Source of the DNA: an uncultured Candidatus Saccharibacteria bacterium | GTDB taxonomy: Bacteria > Patescibacteriota > Minisyncoccia > Phycocordibacterales > PALSA-1337 | Reading direction: 5' to 3' | Assembly (NCBI GenBank): GCA_964357605.1 | Contig: CAYHLX010000004.1 | Span: forward strand, 1,081 to 65,080 | DNA: 64,000 nucleotides | Shown: positions 9,767-19,643 of the stretch, one piece after another | Position numbering within the stretch: the first letter of the stretch is position 1 | How the letters are laid out: the number at the start of each line of letters is the position of its first letter | Program-made: the position numbers and the translations under genes | The notes under the pieces: generated by a model | Told to the model about the DNA's origin: nothing | Database searches by the model: none | The model's input: the letters and a program-made list of their open reading frames with translations, nothing else

Positions 9767-9781
9767 AGCTATATCATTATA

Positions 9782-10339
9782 TCATAGGTGGCTTTCCTTT
9801 AACGCATTGTTAATCTCCTTTATCGCAATTGTCTTAATCTTTCTCATTTCTCCAATGACCTCTTTGGTAAAATCATTATTAAGGAGAAATATTTCCAGTA
9901 AATTACTTTTAGAGATATAACCGAGAGAATGGAGTAGTCTAAGCATTATGATACACTCTACAATTTCAGCTTCTTCTTCAGCAAAAGGCAAGTTGTACAA
10001 AGCCTCTACTATTTCAAACAATTTTTCATTCTTTTCTTCACCAGTGAGCATTCTTTTAAGGACCTGGAGCACTCTCACAAAAAGAGGTGTTGGGGTTCTT
10101 TTTCTATCTCCCTCCACCGCCCCGGTCAACCTCCACATCTCTTTGCCACGAACCAAGGAAACATTGACGAAAGCATAATCTTGCAAATGATACCTTAGTT
10201 TTGAGCTAGACAGACGTACCCCCTGTGCCGTGGCCCAGAGCATGCCAAAATCTCGAGTAAAAAGTAGGAGTGATTTACCCGCTTCCCCATTGGCTGTGCT
10301 ATGGATAACAAAGGCAGGTGTAGTGTAGATATGATGCAT
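9782..10339 (-). CDS. recO: DNA repair protein RecO
   Basis: GEAGKSLLLFTRDFG...AQGVR..SSKLR N-terminal OB pattern. Confidence 0.8.
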   Translation of the reverse strand: MHHIYTTPAFVIHSTANGEAGKSLLLFTRDFGMLWATAQGVRLSSSKLRYHLQDYAFVNVSLVRGKEMWRLTGAVEGDRKRTPTPLFVRVLQVLKRMLTGEEKNEKLFEIVEALYNLPFAEEEAEIVECIIMLRLLHSLGYISKSNLLEIFLLNNDFTKEVIGEMRKIKTIAIKEINNALKESHL

Positions 10340-10344
10340 GAGAT

Positions 10345-13300
10345 CTACTTATCAATACTCATTTTGAGAGCAAATTCTCCGATCGTCATAATTTCCCCTT
10401 CTAGATTTTCAAACTTTAAATCTTTCAGGAGAGTAGTTGAGAAAATGGAATTTTTATTTTTCATGATTAACTCTTGGGCTTTTGAATCTGCATCGATCTT
10501 AAGTATGATCTTATCTTGTATTGTAAAACCTTTCTCTTTTCTAAGGTCCTGAATAGTTCTAGTAAGTTCGCGAACAACTCCTTCTTCCTTCAATTCTGCA
10601 GTCAAAACTATGTCTAGCACAACCTCCTCCAAGATCGCTACGTCTGTGACCACCTCTTTAACATTTACCTCATCTTGAATAATCTTGACAAGATGAGCTG
10701 GAAATAAACCTTTGACAGTAAGTTTAGCCAATGGCTGTCTAACATTTATTTTAGCTTTCATACGGGCCTCGAGTCCTGTAGACGCTATCTGCCTTACTTC
10801 TTTCATATCAGAAAGAATTTTTTCATCTGGCTTTTTTAACTCTGGCCATTCCTCTAAATGAACACTTTCTTTTTCCCCTTTTACTCTCTGGTAGACATCT
10901 TCTGCTAGAAAAGGCATGAAAGGAGCTAACAGTTTAGAGAGATCCAAAAGAATCTTTCTTGTTGTAGAAAGAGCAGATCCCCTTTCATTGGCATCATCAT
11001 TCTTAAATCTATCCCGTGATCGACGAACATACCAAGTAGAAAGATCATCAATAAACTCGGCAAATGGTCTGGTCGCCCGATCTACTTCGTATTTTTCAAG
11101 GTTATCAGTCACCTCTTTACTCAACTCAGAAAGTCTCGCCGTAATCCATAAATCCAGAGGATCAACACTTTCAACTTCACTGGGAACATTTTTTGAGTAC
11201 ATCTCGTAGAAAGTCACGACGTTGTTCAAACGTCCAATATGTTTTTTAACAACCTCATCGACTCCCCGTTCGGAAAAACAAACATCTTGACTTCTCACCA
11301 CCGGAGATGACATCAGGAAATAACGCAGAGCATCCGCTCCATACTTATTTATCACCAAATTCAAATCAGGATAGTTTTTCTCCCTTTTCGACATCTTCCT
11401 ACCATCTTCTGCTAATACGAGACCATTGACCACCACTTTCTTGTATGGTGCTCTGCCAAACAAAGCCACTCCCAAAACCATCATAGAGTAGAACCATCCT
11501 CTGGTCTGATCCAAACCTTCGGCAATGAAATCGGCTGGATATCCCTTGGTCTTACCTAAAATCTTAGTAAATGGACCTGGTTTGGGGTTAAAATCACATT
11601 TTTCAAATGGATAGTGAGCTTCTCCAAAAGGCATGGAGCCAGATTCAAACCAGCAATCAAAAACTTCTGGAATTCTCGTAAGCTTATTTCCTTTTTCAGA
11701 AACAAGTTTCAGGTCATCAATGTATGGACGGTGGAGATCTGTTTCATATTCAGCATTATGTGGAAGCGGGTGAAAATCAAGCTTTCGGGGTTTGGCATTT
11801 TCATTGTAGTGATCACTGTGTCCCCTAAATAGAATAGATTCTATTCTATCCAAACCCCTCACCACAGTCTCCAAGAGAAAAAGGGGGGTGTCATGAGAAA
11901 TAATCAAGATATTTTTTCCTACATATTTCTTTTCTAGATCATAGAGCACCTCGCCCATTCTTTTTTTTATTTCTGTATAGTTCTCTCCGCCTTCAGGGAC
12001 ATCTATAAACCGATCTGCTTCTTTAAAGTGTGTCACAAAATCATGAAAGTTTTTGCCATTCCAGATTCCCGCATTTAATTCCTTCAATCTTTCATCAGTC
12101 AAAATATTTTTTCCATCAAGCCCTATTTCTCTGGCCACAATTTCTGAGGTCTGTTGTGTCCTCGGAAAAGGAGAGGTTACGATGAGATCTATTTTTTTAT
12201 CTTTCAGCCACTTTCCAGCTTCCTTGGCTTGTTTTTTTCCTTTTTCAGTTAGGTTGTGAGGATTGCTGGCGAGCGAACTGATCATAGAGGTGACGTTGTT
12301 GTCTGCTTCCCCATGGCGACTGACATAATAAGTATTTTTCGCATGGCTGTATTTTTTTAAGTCGGCAATGGAAGAGAGGATGTGACATGTGTCAGTTTTC
12401 TCTTCTCTCCAGACTGGCAATGGTGCTCCCCAGAAACGAGACCGCGAAATCGCCCAATCACGAGCACCCAAAAGCCAATTACCAAACCTCCCCTCTCCGA
12501 CTTCAGCTGGTGTCCATTTTACTTTTTTATTTTCTTTAACTAATTTATCTTTTAGATCTGTCACTTTTACAAACCAGGATGAAGAAGCATAATTTAAAAG
12601 TGGAGTATCACAACGCCAACAGTGTGGGTATGAGTGGATTAGTTTTTCTTTGGCAAAAAGAGTACCGTGAGCGGCAAGGTATTTGATGATCTCGATATCG
12701 GCTTTTTGATGTTTGTCTTTTTCTTCTTCGGTGGATTTCGGTTTGACATCAAGACCTACAAAATCCGTCACTTCTGATTTAAATTTACCATTTGTTCCAA
12801 CATGTTGAACAAAGGGTAAATTGTGTTTAAGAGATAACTCGTAGTCATCCGCCCCAAAGGCCGGAGCAATGTGCACGATCCCTGTTCCGTCCTCTGTCGT
12901 GACAAAATCACCCCCATAAACTTTCCAACCATTTTCCTTATTTTTTAATTTTGTATCTTTAGAATAGTAATCAAAAACTGGTTTGTATGATTTTCCAATA
13001 AGATCTTTTCCCTTGATTTCAGAGATTTGAGTATGATCAATTTTTATGGCAGATAGTCTAGATTTAGCGACATAGAAAAAATCGTTGTTTATTTTTATTT
13101 TGACATACTCAACCTCTGGACTAACGGCGAGAGCCACATTTCCAGGCAAGGTCCACGGTGTGGTTGTCCAGGCCAGAAAATAAGTACCCGGTTCATCAAC
13201 AAGCTCAAACTTCACATAGACAGAAATATCGGTGATGTCTTTATATCCTTGGCTCACCTCAAAATTGGAAAGAGTGGTCTCGCAACGCGGGCAGAGATTC

Positions 13301-13833
13301 ATAGACTTGAACCCTTCGTAAACCAAACCTTTCTTGTGTAATTCAGCAAAAGCCCACCAAACCGATTCTGTATACGTCGTATCCATGGTTCGATAATCAT
13401 TTTCCATATCTACAAAACGGCCAAGTCTGGGAATGATTCTTCTCCAATCATCGGCATATCTCATGACACTAGCTCGAGCTTTTTCATTAAATTTTTCTAT
13501 GCCATACTCAACGATATCTTTTTTTGAGGCGAGATTTAATTCTTTTTCTACAATATTTTCCACTGGCAAACCGTGACAATCCCAACCCCATCTACGACGT
13601 ACACGATAACCCTTCATCGTCTTGTATCGTGGAATCAGATCCTTTACCGTCCCCGGTACGACATGACCATAATGCGGTTCCCCAGTGGCAAAAGGAGGAC
13701 CGTCATAAAAGATAAAATCACCCTTGGGAGATTCTTTCTCAAGAGTTTTTTTGAAAATACCCTTTGCTTGCCAAAATTCCAGGATTTTCTCTTCAGTTAG
13801 GGCAACTTTACTTTTTTCCATATTAAATGCCAT
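10345..13833 (-). CDS. ileS: Isoleucyl-tRNA synthetase (type 2) with inserted histidine-phosphatase domain
   Basis: DGPPFATGEPHYGH, WTTTPWTLP, EGLDQTRGWFY, KMSKR; internal SRHGE...SP..RT.QT...ELNAG...GEN...SHD domain. Confidence 0.95.
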   Translation of the reverse strand: MAFNMEKSKVALTEEKILEFWQAKGIFKKTLEKESPKGDFIFYDGPPFATGEPHYGHVVPGTVKDLIPRYKTMKGYRVRRRWGWDCHGLPVENIVEKELNLASKKDIVEYGIEKFNEKARASVMRYADDWRRIIPRLGRFVDMENDYRTMDTTYTESVWWAFAELHKKGLVYEGFKSMNLCPRCETTLSNFEVSQGYKDITDISVYVKFELVDEPGTYFLAWTTTPWTLPGNVALAVSPEVEYVKIKINNDFFYVAKSRLSAIKIDHTQISEIKGKDLIGKSYKPVFDYYSKDTKLKNKENGWKVYGGDFVTTEDGTGIVHIAPAFGADDYELSLKHNLPFVQHVGTNGKFKSEVTDFVGLDVKPKSTEEEKDKHQKADIEIIKYLAAHGTLFAKEKLIHSYPHCWRCDTPLLNYASSSWFVKVTDLKDKLVKENKKVKWTPAEVGEGRFGNWLLGARDWAISRSRFWGAPLPVWREEKTDTCHILSSIADLKKYSHAKNTYYVSRHGEADNNVTSMISSLASNPHNLTEKGKKQAKEAGKWLKDKKIDLIVTSPFPRTQQTSEIVAREIGLDGKNILTDERLKELNAGIWNGKNFHDFVTHFKEADRFIDVPEGGENYTEIKKRMGEVLYDLEKKYVGKNILIISHDTPLFLLETVVRGLDRIESILFRGHSDHYNENAKPRKLDFHPLPHNAEYETDLHRPYIDDLKLVSEKGNKLTRIPEVFDCWFESGSMPFGEAHYPFEKCDFNPKPGPFTKILGKTKGYPADFIAEGLDQTRGWFYSMMVLGVALFGRAPYKKVVVNGLVLAEDGRKMSKREKNYPDLNLVINKYGADALRYFLMSSPVVRSQDVCFSERGVDEVVKKHIGRLNNVVTFYEMYSKNVPSEVESVDPLDLWITARLSELSKEVTDNLEKYEVDRATRPFAEFIDDLSTWYVRRSRDRFKNDDANERGSALSTTRKILLDLSKLLAPFMPFLAEDVYQRVKGEKESVHLEEWPELKKPDEKILSDMKEVRQIASTGLEARMKAKINVRQPLAKLTVKGLFPAHLVKIIQDEVNVKEVVTDVAILEEVVLDIVLTAELKEEGVVRELTRTIQDLRKEKGFTIQDKIILKIDADSKAQELIMKNKNSIFSTTLLKDLKFENLEGEIMTIGEFALKMSIDK

Positions 13834-13843
13834 TTTAGCATTT

Positions 13844-15556
13844 TTACATCTTTTCTGGAACTTTTATGCCGAGAACCCAGAGACCATTCGTGAGGACATG
13901 AACAAAAGCTTTGGTCAGAGCAACTCTATAAGGTGAGAATGGGTCTGTCTCATCAATGATCTTGTTCGTTGCGTAATATGAGTTAAAAGCCGAAGACAGC
14001 TCCACCAGGTAGGTCACAGTGTGATGTGGGGCATATTCCAAACGAGATCGCTCTATGACTTCAGGAAAACGTACCAACATCCTTTCTAACAACTCTACTT
14101 TTTCCGGCATATTTTTTATTTTTGTAGAGATATCTGCCTCTAGAGCTTTCCTTATCACCGCTTCTGCTCTGACGCAAGCATACTGAAGATATGGTCCAGA
14201 ATCTCCCTCAAAAGAAACTGTTTTATCGGGATCATAAGTGATGTCGCCACCAATCGCCTGTCGCAAGACTACATATTTGAGAGCAGCCATTGCTACAATC
14301 TCCGCGACTACTTCTTTTTCATTTTCCTTCCACTCCCTATCTTTCATTTTTCCCATAACCAAAGATTCGAACTCCTTAATCAGATTTTCTGCAGAAACAA
14401 TATTCCCTTTTCTCGATGACATCTTGCCAGAGGTAGGGCGAAGTAGACCATGACTTAAATGTTTCATTCTAGAAGCAATGTTCGGATAGAGACATTCCAC
14501 GGTTTTGATCAGAACCTTGAAATAGTCACTTTGCTCATTGGCGGTAATCACCACTGATTCTCTCAAGTCCGGGTGCAAATCAAATTTCTTCTTAGTTAGT
14601 CCTAGTTCTTTAGCTTCATAAGTTGGTAAGCCTTCTGAGTTAATAAAAACTCTGGTATGCAATCCATGTTTTTCTCCAGGAAAAACGATCGCTCCTTGGC
14701 TTTCTTCAAATACACCTTTTTTGATAAATTCTTTGACTATTTTTACACCATCGAGAGCCACTTCACTCTCTGGGAAATATTCGTCAAAACTGGTGCCTAA
14801 TTTTCGGTAGATAGTTTCAAAATACTCTAGACTCCAACTTTTGCCGAGATCATAAAAAGAATTTATTTCTGGGTCTGATTTTTCAAATATTTTCTTATTT
14901 ATTTCAACAATCTCCTTCTTGACTGATTCATTTTCATAACTATTTGCCCCAAGGACATACATTTCGCCTAAAAATTCTATCCTAGAGACTAACAATATTT
15001 TTTCACTGGGAAATTTTTCTTTGTTCTGCAAGAGAGCCCACATGGTCTTGGCCACATGTAAACCTACATCACCATAATAGTTGGCCCTTATCACTTCTGC
15101 TCCAGAAAATTCGATGAAACGAGAAATCGATTCTCCGATTGTGTTGGACATGAGATGACCGATATGAAAAATCTTGAAGGGATTAGGGTCGGTATACTCA
15201 ACCATCACTTTTTTCCCCTTATCACAATTCCCTTTTCCAAAATCTCCATCAATCTTTAAAACTTCTTTAGAAAAGTATGAATCAACTATTTTAAAATTTA
15301 TAAATCCGGGACCGGCAATCTCCACCACACAAACTTCAGCTGGTAAATTTTTCTTGAGCTCAACCATGATATTTTCGGCTAAAGCTTTTGGACTGCTCTT
15401 GACTATTTTGGAATATACTAGGGCGATGTTTGAGGAAAAATCACCATGATTAATATCATCTGGATGTTCCAAATTGATCTCCGGATCAATGATTCCAACC
15501 TTATCTGAAGCCGCCTTTAAGCTATTCTTTATTTTCTGTTCTATATTTTGTCTCAC
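13844..15556 (-). CDS. argS: Arginyl-tRNA synthetase
   Basis: IAGPGFIN, DPNPFKIFHIGH, KMSSRKG, GPYLQYA, PEKM end. Confidence 0.96.
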   Translation of the reverse strand: MRQNIEQKIKNSLKAASDKVGIIDPEINLEHPDDINHGDFSSNIALVYSKIVKSSPKALAENIMVELKKNLPAEVCVVEIAGPGFINFKIVDSYFSKEVLKIDGDFGKGNCDKGKKVMVEYTDPNPFKIFHIGHLMSNTIGESISRFIEFSGAEVIRANYYGDVGLHVAKTMWALLQNKEKFPSEKILLVSRIEFLGEMYVLGANSYENESVKKEIVEINKKIFEKSDPEINSFYDLGKSWSLEYFETIYRKLGTSFDEYFPESEVALDGVKIVKEFIKKGVFEESQGAIVFPGEKHGLHTRVFINSEGLPTYEAKELGLTKKKFDLHPDLRESVVITANEQSDYFKVLIKTVECLYPNIASRMKHLSHGLLRPTSGKMSSRKGNIVSAENLIKEFESLVMGKMKDREWKENEKEVVAEIVAMAALKYVVLRQAIGGDITYDPDKTVSFEGDSGPYLQYACVRAEAVIRKALEADISTKIKNMPEKVELLERMLVRFPEVIERSRLEYAPHHTVTYLVELSSAFNSYYATNKIIDETDPFSPYRVALTKAFVHVLTNGLWVLGIKVPEKM

Positions 15557-15629
15557 TCAATCATTCTAACATTAAAACTGTTATTTGCGTCAAAATTTGA
15601 CTTTTTTAGAAATTCTGTTATCTTACAGA

Positions 15630-15790
15630 AAGTGATTTGAACCTTCCGGTGAGATCAGAGACAAGTGATGTGCGTTGCCAAACCTCCATCACCAAAGCAA
15701 TGGCACGCTGTTCGTGCCTAAAAGTCTCTTCGATCTCCCACCCTTCCTTGTTCCGTTCTGCCGACGGATTGAGGAAGGGTTAATTTTTTA
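15630..15790 (+). ncRNA. Candidate structured non-coding RNA with own promoter and terminator
   Basis: TTGACT(15597)-N16-TATCTT; GAGATC-AGAGAC/GTCTCT-GATCTC stem with two inner hairpins; ACCCTTCCT/AGGAAGGGT hairpin followed by T-rich tract. Confidence 0.45.
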
Positions 15791-15794
15791 TGTA

Positions 15795-16997
15795 CTATTT
15801 CTTTCGCAAGATCTGATCTATCCTCTCCGCAATCTTTTTCATGTCTTTTTCTTTTTTCCCACGAGTAGTTTCCGCCGCGGTTCCTAAGCGGATACCAGAG
15901 GGATCAAGTGGCGATCGTGTATCAAAAGGGATAGTATTTTCATTTACAATGATTCCCGCCGCCTCGAGTCTGTCGGCGGCCTCTCTTCCGCCCATTCCTT
16001 TTCCATTTTCCCAAACATCAACTCGAAGAAGATGGGTCTCGGTTCCTCCTTCCACTATTCTCCAACCTAGACGAGACAGTTCGTCGGAGAGAGCTTTGGC
16101 ATTCTTCTTGACCTGAGCTGTATATTTTCTGAAAGCAGGAGTCATTGCTTCCTTGAGAGCTATTGCCACAGCCGCAATCTGATTGAAGTGAGGGCCTCCC
16201 TGAAGACCGGGAATTATAGCCTTGTCAATGAGCGTAGTAAATGAAATTTCCTTTCCCTTTGAATTGGTCCTGGTCTTATTCTTTCTTGAAAAAATGATAG
16301 CCGAACGGGGTCCACGAAGAGTCTTGTGAGTGGTAGTCGTCACGATATCGGCATAAGGAAAAGGAGACGGATACGCTTTGCCCGCGACAAGTCCCCCGAA
16401 ATGAGACATGTCGATCATCAGAATTGCTCCGCAGGCATCTGCTATTTCCCTGAATTTACTGAAATCAATGATGTGGGCGTACGCAGTAAATCCGGCGACA
16501 ATAAGTTTCGGATTTTCAGCCAGGGCCATCTGCTTGATTTCTTCATAATCCAAGAGTTCGGTGTCCTTGTTCACTCCGTAGAGAACTGAATTCCAAAACT
16601 TTCCTGTCATGGAGACTTTTTGCCCATGAGTAAGGTGCCCTCCATGACTGAGTGTCATTCCCATAATTTTTTCTCCTGGCGGCACAAGAGCAGAATATAC
16701 TGCAAGATTTGCAGGAGAGCCGGAGAGCGGCTGAACATTCACCCCCCACTCGCTTTCTTTGAGGTCGAATAACTGTCGCGCTCTTTCCTGAGCGATTGTT
16801 TCTATTTTATCAACTATTACTGTTCCCCTATAATAACGCTGGCCCGGATAGCCTTCTCCATATTTATTGGTAAGTTCAGACCCAAGAGCTTCGAGAACAT
16901 CCTTAGAAACATAGTTTTCTGATGCAACAAGGTTCACCACACTCTTCTGGCGCTTTTTTTCAATGTCTATTAATTTTTTAATTTGAATATCTTTCAT
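15795..16997 (-). CDS. glyA: Serine hydroxymethyltransferase
   Basis: LVASEN, NKYGEGYPG, GGHLTHG, TTTHKTLRGPR. Confidence 0.97.
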   Translation of the reverse strand: MKDIQIKKLIDIEKKRQKSVVNLVASENYVSKDVLEALGSELTNKYGEGYPGQRYYRGTVIVDKIETIAQERARQLFDLKESEWGVNVQPLSGSPANLAVYSALVPPGEKIMGMTLSHGGHLTHGQKVSMTGKFWNSVLYGVNKDTELLDYEEIKQMALAENPKLIVAGFTAYAHIIDFSKFREIADACGAILMIDMSHFGGLVAGKAYPSPFPYADIVTTTTHKTLRGPRSAIIFSRKNKTRTNSKGKEISFTTLIDKAIIPGLQGGPHFNQIAAVAIALKEAMTPAFRKYTAQVKKNAKALSDELSRLGWRIVEGGTETHLLRVDVWENGKGMGGREAADRLEAAGIIVNENTIPFDTRSPLDPSGIRLGTAAETTRGKKEKDMKKIAERIDQILRKK

Positions 16998-17085
16998 AGA
17001 TAATTAGAGATTAAGGGAATAATATCTGCTGATTGAAAGATAGGGAGTTAAATCATGGCAATTATTTAATACCGATAGTCTAGCA

Positions 17086-17508
17086 CTATTTCCCAGTGCT
17101 TCCAAATCCCCCCTTACCCCTCGCCGTCTCTGAAAGTTCCTCTACTTCTTCAAGTTCAACATATTCAATCTTTTGAATAAGCAGTTGAGCTATCTTGTGT
17201 CCTTTCTCAAAAGTAAAAGGGGTGTTTGATAAGTTCATCAACCCGATACTTATTTCACCACGATACCCAGCATCAATCACTCCCCAAAAAGCCTTCAGAC
17301 CATATTTTTGCGACAATCCGCTTTTGTCCCAAACAAGTCCTACATACCCTTGAGGAATTTCCATGGAGAGGCCAGTGGGTATAGATTTTCTCTCCATGGG
17401 AGCCAGTTCAAAAGATTCTAGACAATATAGATCCAGCCCGGCATCTCCTGGATGCGCATAGTTTGGTATCTTGGCTTCTGGATGGACTTTCTTTACTTTA
17501 ATTTTCAT
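17086..17508 (-). CDS. dut: dUTPase
   Basis: AGLDL, GVIDAGYRGE, RGKGGFGSTG; start taken at MKIKVKK. Confidence 0.95.
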   Translation of the reverse strand: MKIKVKKVHPEAKIPNYAHPGDAGLDLYCLESFELAPMERKSIPTGLSMEIPQGYVGLVWDKSGLSQKYGLKAFWGVIDAGYRGEISIGLMNLSNTPFTFEKGHKIAQLLIQKIEYVELEEVEELSETARGKGGFGSTGK

Positions 17509-17537
17509 GTGAAAGTAATTATAGTACAATAGCCAGT

Positions 17538-18449
17538 ATGAAACCATACAATGAACGAACACCGGATAATCAATACAAAAGATTACTCAAAGATATTCTA
17601 GAAAAAGGAGAACGCTCCAATAGTCAACAGGGGGTTGATACTATTAGCCTCATCGGTCCGGCCCCACTGCGCTTTAGATTTGATAACGGCTTTCCCATGA
17701 TCACAGAAAGAAATATGGCTCCCAAGGAAAATGAAAATCTAAAGGTCACTATTTGGAAACAAGCCATCGGAGAAATCTGCGCCTTTGCAAATGGAGTGCG
17801 AACACAAAAAGGACTGGAGGAATTTGGCTGTTCATGGTGGGCCTCATGGCTCACCGAAGAAAAATGTAAGAAAAGAGGATTAGAAACGGGAGACCTTGGA
17901 CCTGGATCATACGGAGCCGCTTTTCACGACTTTCCCACGGCAGAAGGTGGAACTTACAATCAATTCAAAAATATCATTGAACAGATGAAAGAATTTCCTC
18001 ATCTCAAAACTCATTTCATTAGTCCTTGGATTCCGCAGTATACTATTCGAGGGACCGGTAAGCAGCAGAAGGTGGTGGTCTGTCCTTGTCATGGCTGGAT
18101 TCATTTCAGAATTCTTGATAACAAATTAACCCTTCACCACTTCCAGCGTTCCGGGGATGTTCCTGTTGGCGTCCCTGCCAATATGGTCCAGTATGGTTCC
18201 CTCCTCATGATGGTGGCCCAGATTACTGGTACTATTCCTTATGAATACATCCATAGTTTTTCTGATGCACATATTTTTATTGATCAGGTTCCGGCCGTGG
18301 AGACCATGCTCACTCGAGAATCACGACCATTCCCAACTATGAAAATTGATACTTCCATAAAAGACTTTTTTGATTTTCGCAAAGACCATTTTACTCTAGA
18401 GGATTACAACCCTCACCCGGGAATAAAAGGAATTCCAGTAGCTATATAA
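17538..18449 (+). CDS. thyA: Thymidylate synthase (divergent ThyA)
   Basis: PCH catalytic Cys, QRSGD, GVPAN, DAHIF, Y.PH..IK..VA. Confidence 0.9.
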   Translation: MKPYNERTPDNQYKRLLKDILEKGERSNSQQGVDTISLIGPAPLRFRFDNGFPMITERNMAPKENENLKVTIWKQAIGEICAFANGVRTQKGLEEFGCSWWASWLTEEKCKKRGLETGDLGPGSYGAAFHDFPTAEGGTYNQFKNIIEQMKEFPHLKTHFISPWIPQYTIRGTGKQQKVVVCPCHGWIHFRILDNKLTLHHFQRSGDVPVGVPANMVQYGSLLMMVAQITGTIPYEYIHSFSDAHIFIDQVPAVETMLTRESRPFPTMKIDTSIKDFFDFRKDHFTLEDYNPHPGIKGIPVAI

Positions 18450-18451
18450 TT

Positions 18452-18955
18452 ATGGATCCACGCCAAGAAAATCGTTTTATAAATACAAAAGTTATTCGAC
18501 GAGAAGACCAGCGAGTTGTTATGGAAGAAATCCAGAAACAAGGTCATTGTCCTTTTTGTCGGGAAAATCTAGAAAAATATCACAAAAAACCTATCCTCAA
18601 GGAAGGAAAATTCTGGCTCCTGACCGACAATCAATGGCCGTATGAAAAAGTGAAATACCAGATGCTAGCTATCTACAAAGAACATGTAGAACATCTCAAA
18701 GATCTAGACCCCGAGGCAGGCAAAGAGCTTTTTGAAATATTTGCGGAAGCGACTAAAGAAAGAAATATTGAGGGGGGAGGCATCGCCATGCGTTTTGGAT
18801 CTTCTATTCATGGAAATTATGGTTCAAGCGTACTTCATATTCACGCTCATCTGGTAGAACCAAACCTGGAGGCACTGGAAGAAACGGAGGCCTGGAGATT
18901 TAAGTTTGGTCAACCAAAAAACTATAGAAAGGACGAAAAAAACAAATATAGTTGA
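18452..18955 (+). CDS. HIT family hydrolase
   Basis: CPFC zinc site; HIHAH triad. Confidence 0.85.
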   Translation: MDPRQENRFINTKVIRREDQRVVMEEIQKQGHCPFCRENLEKYHKKPILKEGKFWLLTDNQWPYEKVKYQMLAIYKEHVEHLKDLDPEAGKELFEIFAEATKERNIEGGGIAMRFGSSIHGNYGSSVLHIHAHLVEPNLEALEETEAWRFKFGQPKNYRKDEKNKYS

Positions 18956-19019
18956 CTTTCTTTCTCTGATAAGTAGAGTTACAGAGAAACCGTAGTAAAC
19001 TCAGCAACCAGTTCTTCTT

Positions 19020-19592
19020 ATGATAGAGATTCCAACGATTGATGGCCTCAGTCGAGACCAAGTCCTAACGCTCATGAACTGCCGTTCTTACAAGCAGTAC
19101 TTGAGCATGATCAGTGATTACGAAGCGGGCCGATGCCCGTTTTGCGACCCACTCGATGAAAAAAACAAGGTTCTACACAGCGCCCTTGGTTGGAGGGTTT
19201 GGGAAAATCCCTACTCCCTCACGCACACTTCCCTCCACCTCATCATGGCGCCACAACAACACACGACATCGATAGAAGACATCTCACCATCCGATTTTGA
19301 AGCGATGGGAAGGATCTTCAAATGGGTACGATACCAATTCAACCTGCAGGGAGGAGCATTCGCCATGCGATTCGGCTCCCCGCAATTCAATGCTGGCAGT
19401 GTCCTACATCTCCACGCCAACATCATCGTTCCGGACCACTCTGGCGCCGTCCAAATCACCCTCGCCAAAGATACGGCAAAGGTTGAGGAGACCATTGCCC
19501 GGATGAAGGTTTTCGAGAAACTCCGTGGGAATACCGCCCCTGTTGGCCTTTCCGACAAAGAAGCGGCCCTAATCGAAGGTCGACTGACTTAA
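19020..19592 (+). CDS. Second HIT family protein (GC-richer paralog)
   Basis: CPFC; GGAFAMRFG...SVLHLHAN, similar to the upstream HIT. Confidence 0.82.
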   Translation: MIEIPTIDGLSRDQVLTLMNCRSYKQYLSMISDYEAGRCPFCDPLDEKNKVLHSALGWRVWENPYSLTHTSLHLIMAPQQHTTSIEDISPSDFEAMGRIFKWVRYQFNLQGGAFAMRFGSPQFNAGSVLHLHANIIVPDHSGAVQITLAKDTAKVEETIARMKVFEKLRGNTAPVGLSDKEAALIEGRLT

Positions 19593-19643
19593 CCGTCTTC
19601 GTCAGATTCAACCGAGCGCAGTCATCATGGCTGCGCTTGTTTT

